From: an uncultured Candidatus Saccharibacteria bacterium
GTDB taxonomy: Bacteria; Patescibacteriota; Minisyncoccia; Phycocordibacterales; CAYGHQ01
NCBI GenBank assembly: GCA_964349845.1
Contig: CAYGHQ010000001.1
Coordinates: 1-54,249, forward strand
DNA: 54,249 nucleotides
Direction: 5' to 3'
The position numbers and the translations under genes are program-made. How positions within the stretch are numbered: the first letter of the stretch is position 1; every line of letters begins with the position of its first letter. Of this stretch, positions 25,241 through 34,428 are shown piece after piece. Under the pieces are notes generated by a model. It worked only from the letters and a program-made list of their open reading frames with translations, did not search any database and had not been told where the DNA came from.

Positions 25241-26263
25241 ATGAAATATAAATTTTTTATAACAGGCGGTATGGGCTATATCGGCTCGGCTTTCGCCAAA
25301 GAATCTTTAATGAAAGGTTATGACACGGCTCTTTATGATTCCCTCATATACGAGCAGGACATAAAACCGATATTGAAAGAGGTAATCCGTCCCGCCAAAG
25401 GGGACGCCAAAGCGAAACTCATTATTGGAGACACCAGAAATTTGGATCTTCTGGAAAAATCCATAAAGGATTTTTCCCCCACCCACATCCTGCATCTGGC
25501 CGAACTCTCAAGCGTCTATTCCTGCAACCACAACCCGCCATATACCGAGGAGATAAATTACAAAGCTTCCAAAAAAGTATTGGGTCTATGCGAAAAACTT
25601 AAAATTCCCGTCCTATACAATTCCACCTCCAGCCTTTACGGAAACCAGAAAGAGATGAAACTTATGACTGAAAAAGACCCTCTCCCCGCCCCCACTGACA
25701 ATTACTGCAAATACAAACTCCGAATGGAAGCGTATATAAAAGAAAGAGCTCTAAAAAATCCAGATTTTAAAATAATAGTTTTTCGTCCCGCTACCGTCTG
25801 CGGACTTTCTCCCAGAATGAGATTAGAGCTTCTCCCAAACCATTTTACATATCTTGCCGTCGCCAAAGGAGTCATTAAAATTTCGGAACTTAACGCTTAC
25901 AGGTCGGCCATTGATATCAATGAACTTATAAAAGGATATTTCAAAGTTATTGAAAAAGGAGTATGGAAAAATCTGATCTACAATATCGGGCACCACAATA
26001 TGTCCAAAAAAGATTTTTCAACCGGCATCCAATCTATAGTGAAATGCGATCTTAAGACCATAACCGACATAGGAGATCTTCGAAACCTGCAGATCAACAC
26101 CGAGCTTTTTGAAAAAGAATTCCGCTTCAGTCCGGAAACCCCTTATGAAACTACCATTAAGAATGTCGCTTCGTGGCTCCGTAAAAATCTCCGAGATATA
26201 GAGGCGAGTAATTTTAACGGCATTATCAATATGTCGCTCGCGAGATGGAAGGAGATTACATAA
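25241..26263 (+). CDS. NAD-dependent epimerase/dehydratase (extended SDR)
   Basis: 340 aa with the FITGGMGYIGSAF Rossmann motif and a YCKYK (YxxxK) catalytic motif. Confidence 0.7.
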   Translation: MKYKFFITGGMGYIGSAFAKESLMKGYDTALYDSLIYEQDIKPILKEVIRPAKGDAKAKLIIGDTRNLDLLEKSIKDFSPTHILHLAELSSVYSCNHNPPYTEEINYKASKKVLGLCEKLKIPVLYNSTSSLYGNQKEMKLMTEKDPLPAPTDNYCKYKLRMEAYIKERALKNPDFKIIVFRPATVCGLSPRMRLELLPNHFTYLAVAKGVIKISELNAYRSAIDINELIKGYFKVIEKGVWKNLIYNIGHHNMSKKDFSTGIQSIVKCDLKTITDIGDLRNLQINTELFEKEFRFSPETPYETTIKNVASWLRKNLRDIEASNFNGIINMSLARWKEIT

Positions 26264-26290
26264 CCGAACACCGAAAAAACCAGCGTTCGG

Positions 26291-26346
26291 TAATTTCTAA
26301 TTTCTAATTCACCTAATTACCTAATAAAATTCCCAATAAATCCCAT
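26291..26346. repeat. Family C element, partial copy 2
   Basis: TTCACCTAAT..AAAATTCCCAATAA matches the reverse complement of 6066..6092. It uses the same TAATTTCTAATT / CCTAATTACCTAAT words. Confidence 0.7.
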
Positions 26347-26357
26347 TAGAAAGTTAT

Positions 26358-26466
26358 TTAGAACTTATGCATTTTCGCAGAAAATAATCGTTTCTCTTCT
26401 GTCATTCCCGCGAAGGCGGGAATCCAGTCTTTAAATCACAAAGCCCAAATAACACATAAGTCCTAA
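26358..26466. repeat. Family G MITE-like element, copy 1
   Basis: The termini TTAGAACTTATGC ... CACATAAGTCCTAA are inverted. The core hairpin is GTCATTCCCGCGAAGGCGGGAATCC. Confidence 0.75.
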
Positions 26467-26472
26467 TACTAA

Positions 26473-27237
26473 ATGATACTCAAATCTTTAAAAAGGAACA
26501 GGATTGCCGTGTTTTTTTACCGCAAAGCAAAAAGGATTGTGCAATATTTTTCTTTTATCAAAAATTACCGCGCGTTCAAGAAAAACTCGGGAGAAAATCC
26601 GAGGTTTCCCCTTTCTTGGAAAAAGAGAATGCCTATCTTGGGCGAAAATACCGCAACAACCAATTTTGACGCCCACTATATCTATCATCCGGCATGGGCG
26701 GGAAGAATCGTCAAAAAAATAAATCCGGAATTCCACACGGACATTTCTTCCACCCTGCATTTCTCGTCAATTCTTTCCGCTTTCATTCCCTTACGATTTT
26801 ACGACTATCGTCCGGCCAATTTAAAATTAAGCAATCTTCAAACTGGGACTGCCGACCTTCTTCACCTCCCCTTCCCTGACCAAAGCATTAAGTCCTTATC
26901 CTGCATGCATACAGTTGAACACATCGGACTTGGAAGATACGGAGACCCGATAGATCCCGAAGGAGATATCAAAGCCATTAAAGAATTAAAAAGAGTCTTG
27001 GCTTCCGGAGGAAATCTTCTTTTTGCCGTTCCTATAGGGAAACCGGCTATAAGATTTAATGCCCATCGCATTTACTCATACGATCAAATAATAAAATACT
27101 TTGAAGGTTTGGAACTTAAAGAATTTTCTCTGATTCCGGATGACGGCGCAAAAAACGGTATGATATTAAACGCAAGCAAAGATCTAGCCGACAAACAGTC
27201 CTACGGATGCGGATGCTTCTGGTTTATTAAAAAATAA
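26473..27237 (+). CDS. SAM-dependent methyltransferase-like protein (DUF268-like)
   Basis: 254 aa. SLSCMHTVEHIGLGRYGDPIDPEGD and GGNLLFAVPIG match the DUF268 family pattern as I recall it. Confidence 0.55.
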   Translation: MILKSLKRNRIAVFFYRKAKRIVQYFSFIKNYRAFKKNSGENPRFPLSWKKRMPILGENTATTNFDAHYIYHPAWAGRIVKKINPEFHTDISSTLHFSSILSAFIPLRFYDYRPANLKLSNLQTGTADLLHLPFPDQSIKSLSCMHTVEHIGLGRYGDPIDPEGDIKAIKELKRVLASGGNLLFAVPIGKPAIRFNAHRIYSYDQIIKYFEGLELKEFSLIPDDGAKNGMILNASKDLADKQSYGCGCFWFIKK

Positions 27238-27270
27238 CCTCATTCGCCTAGGCGAATGAGGTTATTTTTA
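27235..27270 (+). terminator. Intrinsic terminator (30-nt perfect palindrome plus T-tract)
   Basis: TAACCTCATTCGCCTAGGCGAATGAGGTTA followed by TTTTT. The stop codon is part of the stem. Confidence 0.75.
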
Positions 27271-27289
27271 TCTTAACCCCTGACCCTTA

Positions 27290-27317
27290 TTGACACCTTT
27301 TGACACCAGAGTATAAT
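27290..27317 (+). promoter_or_regulatory. Consensus sigma70 promoter with a duplicated TTGACAC box
   Basis: TTGACA at 27290..27295, a 16-nt spacer, then TATAAT at 27312..27317. A second TTGACAC sits exactly 10 nt downstream of the first. The geometry is identical to 7262..7289. Confidence 0.7.
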
Positions 27318-27326
27318 AGAAAATAA

Positions 27327-27510
27327 GTGAAATAAGCCATAAGAATGGCGAAATATAATCATCAGAATAATTGAAATTAGCTCGAAGACTCGCGAAAATT
27401 TCGCGAATCTAATTTCTATTTATTTCGGCTTCGTAAATTTCGTGAGGTCTTCCGAACTTATTTCATTCTTATGTATTTCGGCTTCGTAAATTTCGCGAAT
27501 CCCGATTAGC
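27327..27510. repeat. Intergenic imperfect palindrome with an internal 25-nt direct repeat
   Basis: The arms GTGAAATAAGCCATAAGAATGGCGAAATA and CGAACTTATTTCATTCTTATGTATTTCG pair. TATTTCGGCTTCGTAAATTTCG(T/C)GA occurs at 27421..27445 and 27474..27498. It lies in the presumed 5' UTR of the neuB-fusion gene. Confidence 0.75.
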
Positions 27511-27544
27511 GGGAGATCGTATTTCTATAAATTTTGATATCTAT

Positions 27545-29455
27545 ATGCCCCAAAACTCCGAAAAAAATATAACGATGCGCATCGGAAATCGCGCTATCGG
27601 CGATAACCACCCAGCCTTTATCATCGCCGAAGCTGGAATAAACCACAACGGAATGATTGACGTAGCCAAAAAACTGGTTGATTTGGCCGTGGAAGCTGGA
27701 GCGGACGCCATCAAATTCCAGATGAGGGATTTTGAAACTCTCTACACCGAAAGCGCCCTTGACGGAAACGGAGGTAAAGACATCGCCACCGAATATCTTC
27801 TTTCTAAAATAAAAGACGCTTCCCTCTCCCCTCTGCAATTTGAGGAGATTGCCGATTATTGCGGAAAAAAAGGAATAATTTTTCTCTGCACGCCGTGGGA
27901 CAAAAAAAGCGCGGACATTTTGGAAAAAATAGGAGTGCCGGCTTACAAAGTGGCTTCAGCGGACTTAGTTAACTTTGAGCTTCTTGAACATCTAGCTTCC
28001 AAAAAGAAGCCCATTATCATATCAACCGGAATGTCCACCATGGAAGAAATAAAAACAAGTGTGGATTTTTTGAACAAATTAGACGCCGAATTCGCCGTCC
28101 TTCACTGTAACTCCACCTACCCTTCCGCCCCCAAAGATTTAAACCTCCGCTTTATCCCGATTCTCAAAGAAACTTTTGGAAAAATCATAGGGTACTCCGG
28201 CCACGAACTGGGGATAGCCACCACCCTCGCCACTATTCCTCTCGGAGCAAAGATCATAGAAAGACATATAACTCTTGACCGCACTATGACGGGACCGGAT
28301 CACGCCATTTCTCTTGAGCCAGCCGGTATAATTAAGCTTGTCCGAGACATAAGAAGAATTGAAGAAGCCCTATCGGGAGACAAAAAATACGTTACCAGCG
28401 GAGAGTTTATGAACCGAAAAATTCTGGGGAAATCCTTGACAGCAAGTCGCGACATCAAAAAAGGAGAAACTATCAAAAAAGAAATGGTTACGGCAAAAAG
28501 CCCGGCCAAAGGCCTTTCCCCGCAGAAAATATTTGATCTTATCGGGAAACCGGCTCTTCGCGATCTAAAAAAGAACGACTATTTTACCGACCACGATCTT
28601 GGAAAAATCAAAACGGAAAAAAAATTTCCCAAAGGCTCTTGGGGGATTCCCGTACGACCGCATGATTTTCTTTCGCTCAAAGAAGGCGCGAAGCCTTCCC
28701 TCTTGGAATTTCATTTAAGCTCGGAGGATGTAAGCCGGCCGATCGCGATACCGGAGCAGAAAAAAACGGAACTTGTCGTTCACGCGCCGGAACGCTGGGG
28801 AAACGACCTTTTTGACCTTTGCTCCAAAGAAAAAAAGGCGGTAGAAGTTTCCATAAAAAACCTCAATCATTTTTTGGAAATCGTCCGGAAAATGAAAAAA
28901 TCCTTCCCCGACTCCCCCCAAAAAACCAAAGTGATAGTCCACGCAGGGGGGATGAGCTATAATAATTTCGTCTCCCCGGAAGAAAGGAAGGAAATGTATA
29001 AAATCCTCTCCGGCTCTCTTAAAAAGATAAAGAGCAAAAATGATATTGAAATTCTTCTTGAAAACCTTCCTCCCTACCCTTGGTACAAAGGAGGACAATG
29101 GTTCTCCAACGCTTTTATGGATGCAGATGAAATTTGCGATTTCTGCAGGAAAAATAAAATCAGAATGTGCTACGATACAAGCCATGCCGAGCTTTACTGC
29201 AACTTCGCCAAAAAAGACTCTCTGGATTTCTTCAAAAAAATAAAGCCTCTTATAAGACATATGCATATCGCCGACGGAGCGGGAGTTGACGGAGAAGGGC
29301 TTCAGATAGGAGAGGGGGATATTCCTTGGGAGAAGCTTATTCCCGAAATTAAGAAAGCAAAAGCCGGATTTATTCCCGAAATCTGGATGGGGCACGAACA
29401 CCAAGGCGAGGGATTCTGGAAAGCATTGGAAGAACTCAAAAAGCTTGGCCTATAA
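27545..29455 (+). CDS. neuB: Nonulosonic-acid synthase (NeuB family, with SAF domain) fused to a C-terminal xylose-isomerase-like TIM-barrel domain
   Basis: 636 aa. The N-terminal region IGDNHPAFIIAEAGINHNG...AGADAIKFQ...STGMST...HCNSTYP...GYSGHE is NeuB-like. A SAF-like segment (DIKKGETIKKEMVTAKSP) follows. About 270 C-terminal residues carry HAGG, ENLPP and HIAD motifs, typical of sugar-phosphate isomerase/epimerase (AP_endonuc_2) barrels. Confidence 0.75.
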   Translation: MPQNSEKNITMRIGNRAIGDNHPAFIIAEAGINHNGMIDVAKKLVDLAVEAGADAIKFQMRDFETLYTESALDGNGGKDIATEYLLSKIKDASLSPLQFEEIADYCGKKGIIFLCTPWDKKSADILEKIGVPAYKVASADLVNFELLEHLASKKKPIIISTGMSTMEEIKTSVDFLNKLDAEFAVLHCNSTYPSAPKDLNLRFIPILKETFGKIIGYSGHELGIATTLATIPLGAKIIERHITLDRTMTGPDHAISLEPAGIIKLVRDIRRIEEALSGDKKYVTSGEFMNRKILGKSLTASRDIKKGETIKKEMVTAKSPAKGLSPQKIFDLIGKPALRDLKKNDYFTDHDLGKIKTEKKFPKGSWGIPVRPHDFLSLKEGAKPSLLEFHLSSEDVSRPIAIPEQKKTELVVHAPERWGNDLFDLCSKEKKAVEVSIKNLNHFLEIVRKMKKSFPDSPQKTKVIVHAGGMSYNNFVSPEERKEMYKILSGSLKKIKSKNDIEILLENLPPYPWYKGGQWFSNAFMDADEICDFCRKNKIRMCYDTSHAELYCNFAKKDSLDFFKKIKPLIRHMHIADGAGVDGEGLQIGEGDIPWEKLIPEIKKAKAGFIPEIWMGHEHQGEGFWKALEELKKLGL

Positions 29456-29468
29456 CACATCTCTAAAT

Positions 29469-30458
29469 ATGAAAAAGGTTGCGAACATTTTTTACCGCGA
29501 GATATGGAAAAAGAAAAAGACTATCGCTAAAAAGTCTTTTGATGTTATTAAATGTTTGTATGTCGGCCTTAAAACTTTTTTAGGCCTGCCAGCAGAAAAT
29601 AAACAGAAAATAGTTATTACAGACGACAGCCATACAAGTTCCTTAAACCGGGGATTCTTTTCCCTCCTTAGAGAAGTTCTTTATATCATCTCCCTAAACG
29701 GGAAAAAAGATATTGAGGTCTGCTACAACAAAACCGTCTATAATAAAAAATCGGATGAAAATATCTGGGAGTACTGTTTTCGGCCAATCTTAAACCGAGA
29801 GGAGAACAAAAGAAACTATAGATATCTTTTTATGACCGAGCCATTCCGAAACCCTTTTGCCGACAGGCCTCGCTTTTTAAAAATATTCCATAGAATAATA
29901 GAAGACAGGATCCGGCTCAATGGCATAATTAAATCAAAAATAGATAACTTTGTTGAAAAAAATTTTAAAGGAAAAAAAGTCATAGGAATTCATTATCGGG
30001 GAGCCGACACCTTAAGCATCGCCGGCATGCCAAACCGAAGAGACTGGATAAAATCTCCTCTCCAAAGATATTTTGATGTTACAGACGATCTTCTTAAAAA
30101 GGGTTTTTCTGCCATTTTCCTTGCCACAGACGACGAAGAAGGCTATCAGGCTTTTAGGGAAAAATACGGAGATAAAATCTTTAACTGCTCCAATATCAGA
30201 AGTTCAAAAACGGCAGCGGTTTTTAACTGGGGAATAAACAAAAACGAACCGCCCCTTAAAAAAACCGACCCGAGAGAAGTTCTGGAAGAAAGCCTCATTG
30301 ATTGCCTTCTTTTAGCCAAATGCGATTATTTAATTCACGGCAAATCAAATCTTTCTTACGTATCAAAATATTTTAATCCGGATATTCCTTGCGCCAATAT
30401 GGAAGTCAAAAAATACAATCTTATTGAAAAAGCGGAAAATATGATTCTTTATTCATAA
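29469..30458 (+). CDS. Putative glycosyltransferase of the fucosyltransferase superfamily (GT11/GT23/GT65-like fold)
   Basis: I chose the ATG at 29469. IGIHYRGADT (HxRxxD-like), FLATDDEEGY and DCLLLAKCDYLIHGKSNLS resemble the three conserved blocks of that superfamily. This is a weak call from motifs only. Confidence 0.35.
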   Translation: MKKVANIFYREIWKKKKTIAKKSFDVIKCLYVGLKTFLGLPAENKQKIVITDDSHTSSLNRGFFSLLREVLYIISLNGKKDIEVCYNKTVYNKKSDENIWEYCFRPILNREENKRNYRYLFMTEPFRNPFADRPRFLKIFHRIIEDRIRLNGIIKSKIDNFVEKNFKGKKVIGIHYRGADTLSIAGMPNRRDWIKSPLQRYFDVTDDLLKKGFSAIFLATDDEEGYQAFREKYGDKIFNCSNIRSSKTAAVFNWGINKNEPPLKKTDPREVLEESLIDCLLLAKCDYLIHGKSNLSYVSKYFNPDIPCANMEVKKYNLIEKAENMILYS

Positions 30459-30477
30459 AAAATTATAGACAATAATC

Positions 30478-30607
30478 TTAGGGCCTACGCGTTTGAGAAA
30501 ATTTCCAAAGCACTGGATTCCCCATCTCCCCTGCCTGAGGGGAGATGCCGAGTCTGCGAGGCAGAGGGGTGGGAGCGCGGGAATGACACCAAACGCGTAA
30601 GTCCTAA
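30478..30607. repeat. Family G MITE-like element, copy 2 (opposite orientation, enlarged loop)
   Basis: The termini are TTAGGGCCTACGCGTTTG ... CAAACGCGTAAGTCCTAA. The reverse complement contains GTCATTCCCGCG ... GGGAATCC, with an extra internal hairpin CATCTCCCCT/AGGGGAGATG. Confidence 0.75.
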
Positions 30608-30613
30608 AATCTA

Positions 30614-31396
30614 ATGAAAAATACCGACCTAAAAAGTTTTTACGACAAAGTTTACAAAAAGGGAGAAAAGAAACATTACACCAAACTTCTTTTTAAAGAC
30701 GCCAGCCTTCCTTTGGATGAAAAAGAAGTCCTCCATTCGGCAAACTGGAAAGGAAAAACTGTTTTGGATGTCGGTTGCGGAACAGGACTTATGGCAAGCC
30801 TTATCGGAAAAGCCGGAGCCAAAAAAGTTTTAGGCCTTGATTTTAGCCCGGAGGCTATTCTAAAGGCCAAAGAAGCCTACTCTCTGCCAAATCTGGAATT
30901 CCAAGCCGAAAATTTTGAAAAACACAAAGATACATACTATATAATAGTATCGCTTGGCACTTTGGAGCATATGGACAATCCCTTTGAAGCCCTTCAAAGG
31001 ATGAAAAAATTGCTTAAGCCTAAGGGGAAAATAATTTTGACTTGCCCCAACTGGACAAACCCAAGAGGATACATCCTCCAGACTCTTCGGCTTTTGTGGA
31101 ACGCTCCCATCACCTTGGCCGATATCCATTACCTCACGCCTGTTGAATTTCAAAAATGGTCAAAAAAACTTCAAATGAAATTGGAATGGAGAACATTTGA
31201 TCATGATTGGGGATCCGGAAAAAAACTTATCAAAGATTTTGAAAGAAGGCTCCCAAACGTCCTCCGCGATATCGGCATAACCGGCAAAGAAAAAGAGATA
31301 AAAGAATTCATAAAGTGGACAGAAGAGCATGTTCTCCCTTTCCCCGATAAAACTCCTGAAGGAGGAGCGGTAGGTTTGTACATTTTGTCAAAATGA
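30614..31396 (+). CDS. Class I SAM-dependent methyltransferase
   Basis: 260 aa with motif I VLDVGCGTGLMASLIG. Confidence 0.75.
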   Translation: MKNTDLKSFYDKVYKKGEKKHYTKLLFKDASLPLDEKEVLHSANWKGKTVLDVGCGTGLMASLIGKAGAKKVLGLDFSPEAILKAKEAYSLPNLEFQAENFEKHKDTYYIIVSLGTLEHMDNPFEALQRMKKLLKPKGKIILTCPNWTNPRGYILQTLRLLWNAPITLADIHYLTPVEFQKWSKKLQMKLEWRTFDHDWGSGKKLIKDFERRLPNVLRDIGITGKEKEIKEFIKWTEEHVLPFPDKTPEGGAVGLYILSK

Positions 31397-32229
31397 TTTT
31401 CTTGAAAGAAAAATTTAAAAAAATGCCTTTTCTAGGGAAAAAAACTCTTGAACTATGGAGCGCTATTTTAAGATGGAAAGACAAGAAATTCCTCCGAAAG
31501 AACAGCGATTTTAAAAATATTTTTTCCGGCAAAAGATGTTTTGTCGTAGCCACCGGACCCTCCATCAAAAACCAGAACTTAAAAAAACTTAAAGGGGAAA
31601 TTGTCATAAGCGTCAGTAATTTTTTCGTTCATCCGGATTTTCGGGAAATTTCTCCCGAATTTCATCTTTTTGTCCCCTCTCATCCCCCTGTTACGCCGGA
31701 ACAGTATGGCGCGTGGTTTAAGGAAGCGGAAGAAATTTTTCCGGCCGGACAGAAAGTCCTCATTTCCATAACAGACAAGCCGATTGTGGAAAAATTCCAG
31801 GCGTTCAAAAATCAGAAAGTTTATTATTACCGCTCCGGCCACAAGCCCCTTTCTCCCGAAACAGAAATTGATTTTACCCGAAGCCTTCCCGTTATCCAGA
31901 CAAGCGTTCATATAGGCATTTTTCTGGCTTTTTACGCGGGCGCTAAAGAAATTTACCTGCTTGGATGCGATCACGACTGGATACTCCATCTCAATCAAAC
32001 CCGCCATTTTTACGATGAAAAGGAAAGCAAGCTTTCCAACTTAAAATACAACGAGTGGGAAGGCAAAGATTTGGAAGTGGAATTTCAGTCTTACGTAAAT
32101 TTATGGAAAATTTACAAAAAAATCAGAAAATACGCAGGGAAGCGGGATGTCTCCATTACAAATGCCACCGACGGCGGGCTTTTGGATGTTTTCCCTAGAT
32201 TACCCCTAAATGAAGTAATTGATGCGTAA
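31393..32229 (+). CDS. DUF115 / Maf-like (MptE-like) protein, candidate nonulosonic-acid transferase
   Basis: 278 aa. CFVVATGPSIKN and IYLLGCDHDW resemble the DUF115 signature (GNGPSL ... D). The ATGA start overlaps the upstream stop. Confidence 0.4.
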   Translation: MIFLKEKFKKMPFLGKKTLELWSAILRWKDKKFLRKNSDFKNIFSGKRCFVVATGPSIKNQNLKKLKGEIVISVSNFFVHPDFREISPEFHLFVPSHPPVTPEQYGAWFKEAEEIFPAGQKVLISITDKPIVEKFQAFKNQKVYYYRSGHKPLSPETEIDFTRSLPVIQTSVHIGIFLAFYAGAKEIYLLGCDHDWILHLNQTRHFYDEKESKLSNLKYNEWEGKDLEVEFQSYVNLWKIYKKIRKYAGKRDVSITNATDGGLLDVFPRLPLNEVIDA

Positions 32230-32236
32230 AAAAATC

Positions 32237-33079
32237 ATGTCTCTCATCATAAAAAAAATCATAAAAGATTTAACTCCTCCTTTTTTGTGGAAAATGCTAA
32301 GAATGTTGGCCAATAAAAACAATAGACCAACATATTACGGAGACTATAGAAACTGGGGCGAGGCTAAAAAAATGTCTGCCGGATATGAAAAAAAAGAAAT
32401 TCTGTCTAAGGTCAGACAGGCGATATTTAAAGTTAAAAATAGAGAAACCGCATTTGAGAGAGATTCTGTTACTTTTGACCATATTCAGTATTCATGGCCA
32501 TTACTTGCCTTTCTTCTTTGGGTTGCTGGCAATAATAACAATCGTTTATCAGTGATAGATTTTGGTGGCTCTTTAGGTTCCAGTTACTATCAAAATTTAG
32601 AGTTTCTTAAACATTTAAAAAAACTTAGGTGGTGTATAGTTGAACAAAAACACTTCGTAGAAGCAGGGAAAAAAGATTTTGAGAATGAACAACTTACATT
32701 TTATGATAATCTTTCAGTTTGTATTCAAAAAGAACAACCTGATATTATTTTATTGTCTAATGTTCTTCAATATATTGAAGAACCATATAAATTATTGGAA
32801 GATATTAAAAAGCAAAATGTTAAATATATAATTATAGACTGGATACCTTTTCTTAAGGACGACCTCCCCGACCGACTAACAATACAACGTGTATCACCAA
32901 AAATATATAATGCAAGTTATCCTGCATGGTTTTTTAATGAGAAAAAAATGCTTTTTTTCTTAACACAACAATTTGAATTAATAACCACTTTTGAGTCTTC
33001 ACCTACCCCTGTGTTTACAAAAAGTGACCAAGCTATTTTTAAAGGCTTAATCTTTAAACAGGAATCAGACGGGCCATAA
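32237..33079 (+). CDS. Methyltransferase-like protein resembling the TIGR04325 (LIC12133) family
   Basis: YYGDYRNWGEAKKMSAGYEKKEIL ... AFERDSVTF ... VIDFGGSLGSSYYQ matches my memory of that family. The start is uncertain (ATG at 32222 or 32237). Confidence 0.5.
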   Translation: MSLIIKKIIKDLTPPFLWKMLRMLANKNNRPTYYGDYRNWGEAKKMSAGYEKKEILSKVRQAIFKVKNRETAFERDSVTFDHIQYSWPLLAFLLWVAGNNNNRLSVIDFGGSLGSSYYQNLEFLKHLKKLRWCIVEQKHFVEAGKKDFENEQLTFYDNLSVCIQKEQPDIILLSNVLQYIEEPYKLLEDIKKQNVKYIIIDWIPFLKDDLPDRLTIQRVSPKIYNASYPAWFFNEKKMLFFLTQQFELITTFESSPTPVFTKSDQAIFKGLIFKQESDGP

Positions 33080-33128
33080 ATTCGAACAAGGAATTAAAAC
33101 TTTTTAATAATTCATATATTCAAATAAT

Positions 33129-34310
33129 ATGAAATTTAAACAATCAAAAAAATTAGTCTTAACCATGAGTATTATTTCTCTTATGGCGATAATTACCCTT
33201 ATTCCCAACTTGGCATTTGCCACAAACACACATTCTTTAGATCTAGAGAGGGGTTCTAGTCAGTATACCTCAATATCAAGTGATCTTGGCATTACTGGAG
33301 GAAACATTAGCTATGAATTTTGGGTTAATCTTGAAAGTTCTCCTGCTGGAATAGGCAACATGGGTTTATTCCACCAAGAAGATGCCGGGACAAAAGTTGC
33401 TTATAATGTATATCTTGATGACTTAACAACAGAATACCGTTTAACATGGGGTCGTTCCAGAAATGGTTTAGGAAGTGACACGATCATGTACACTGTTAAC
33501 ATGGGAACTGGGAGCTGGCATCATATCGCTTATACTTATGACGGCACTAACCAGAGAGCTTTTGTCGATGGTGCATTGGTTGCTGGCCCCAGCGCAGCAA
33601 GCGGAGATGGATCAGCAGCATCCACAGACCAAGTAATAATTGGATCAGGAGCGGGGGGATATTTTGACGGCAAGATAGATGATGTCCGTGTTTGGAATAT
33701 AGCTTTAGATTCCTCTACTGTTGCTGACCACTACAACTCTGCTACAGAACTTACTGGTTCAGAATCAGGTTTGGTTGCCAACTACAAGTTTAATGAGAAT
33801 TATGAAGACACTACAACTAATAATTATGATTTGACTGCATACGGAAGTCCTGTTTTTTCTACTGATATTCCTTTCTCTTCTTCTGCTCCGATAGGGGTAC
33901 GCAAACCATCCACAGAAACGCTTTCTTCTGACACTACCACAGATGATGATAGTGATTTGGCAATTACATTGTTACCAAATAAAGAATATGTTATGGATGG
34001 AGTAGTGTTCGCCAGTAGCACAAGCTCCCAACCAGACATTAAGGTTGCTTTTAGTGCTCCCACTGGGACCATCTTAGACATCGGCATTATAGCTTCTACA
34101 ATGCGCGAGGCTGAATTGATACAATCTCCTGATACAGACACTGACGGAATACCCTTGTCAGCAAATAAACCTGCCGCCATTCAAATTACAGGGACAGTCA
34201 AAACAGGAAACACCGGAGGAACCCTGACTCTTCAATGGGCACAAAATTCCTCTAATGCAAATGCGGTAGCCGTCCTCCGAGGAAGTTATATAAGAGCTGA
34301 CGAGATTTAG
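33129..34310 (+). CDS. Secreted LamG / concanavalin-A-like lectin domain protein with an unassigned C-terminal domain
   Basis: 393 aa. It has an N-terminal signal/anchor (LVLTMSIISLMAIITLIPNLAFA). SYEFWVNL ... WHHIAYTYDG ... FDGKIDDVRVWN is the Laminin_G_3 pattern. Confidence 0.65.
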   Translation: MKFKQSKKLVLTMSIISLMAIITLIPNLAFATNTHSLDLERGSSQYTSISSDLGITGGNISYEFWVNLESSPAGIGNMGLFHQEDAGTKVAYNVYLDDLTTEYRLTWGRSRNGLGSDTIMYTVNMGTGSWHHIAYTYDGTNQRAFVDGALVAGPSAASGDGSAASTDQVIIGSGAGGYFDGKIDDVRVWNIALDSSTVADHYNSATELTGSESGLVANYKFNENYEDTTTNNYDLTAYGSPVFSTDIPFSSSAPIGVRKPSTETLSSDTTTDDDSDLAITLLPNKEYVMDGVVFASSTSSQPDIKVAFSAPTGTILDIGIIASTMREAELIQSPDTDTDGIPLSANKPAAIQITGTVKTGNTGGTLTLQWAQNSSNANAVAVLRGSYIRADEI

Positions 34311-34323
34311 TCTAAGCTTAGGT

Positions 34324-34397
34324 TAAAATTCTATGCATCTGTCTTACAGATATTTGAACAGATATTTGAAAAACAAGATCAGATGCATAGAATTTTA
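34324..34397. repeat. Hairpin with a perfect 18-bp stem and a tandem 12-nt repeat in the loop
   Basis: TAAAATTCTATGCATCTG (34324..34341) pairs with CAGATGCATAGAATTTTA (34380..34397). The loop contains CAGATATTTGAA twice (34347..34370). Confidence 0.9.
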
Positions 34398-34428
34398 CCT
34401 ATTCACCTAAAGTCATTTTAAATCATAA

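Noticed and set aside
26401-26425. GTCATTCCCGCGAAGGCGGGAATCC as a plain intrinsic terminator.
   Set aside because: It has no adjacent U-tract. It recurs with expanded loops at two other sites, and two of the three copies are framed by terminal inverted repeats. I therefore treat it as a dispersed repeat family (family G) instead.
27421-27498. A possible CRISPR array. There are 25-nt direct repeats with 53-nt periodicity here, and similarly 45-nt repeats with 52-nt periodicity at 20003..20099.
   Set aside because: Each has only two copies, and the repeats are embedded in palindromic or REP elements. No cas genes or leader are present. They are better explained as internal duplications of repeat elements.
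33129-34310. The LamG protein as a diversity-generating retroelement target.
   Set aside because: No reverse transcriptase, template repeat or adenine-specific variable/template repeat pair is detectable in the window. The C-terminal region shows no duplicated near-identical segment.
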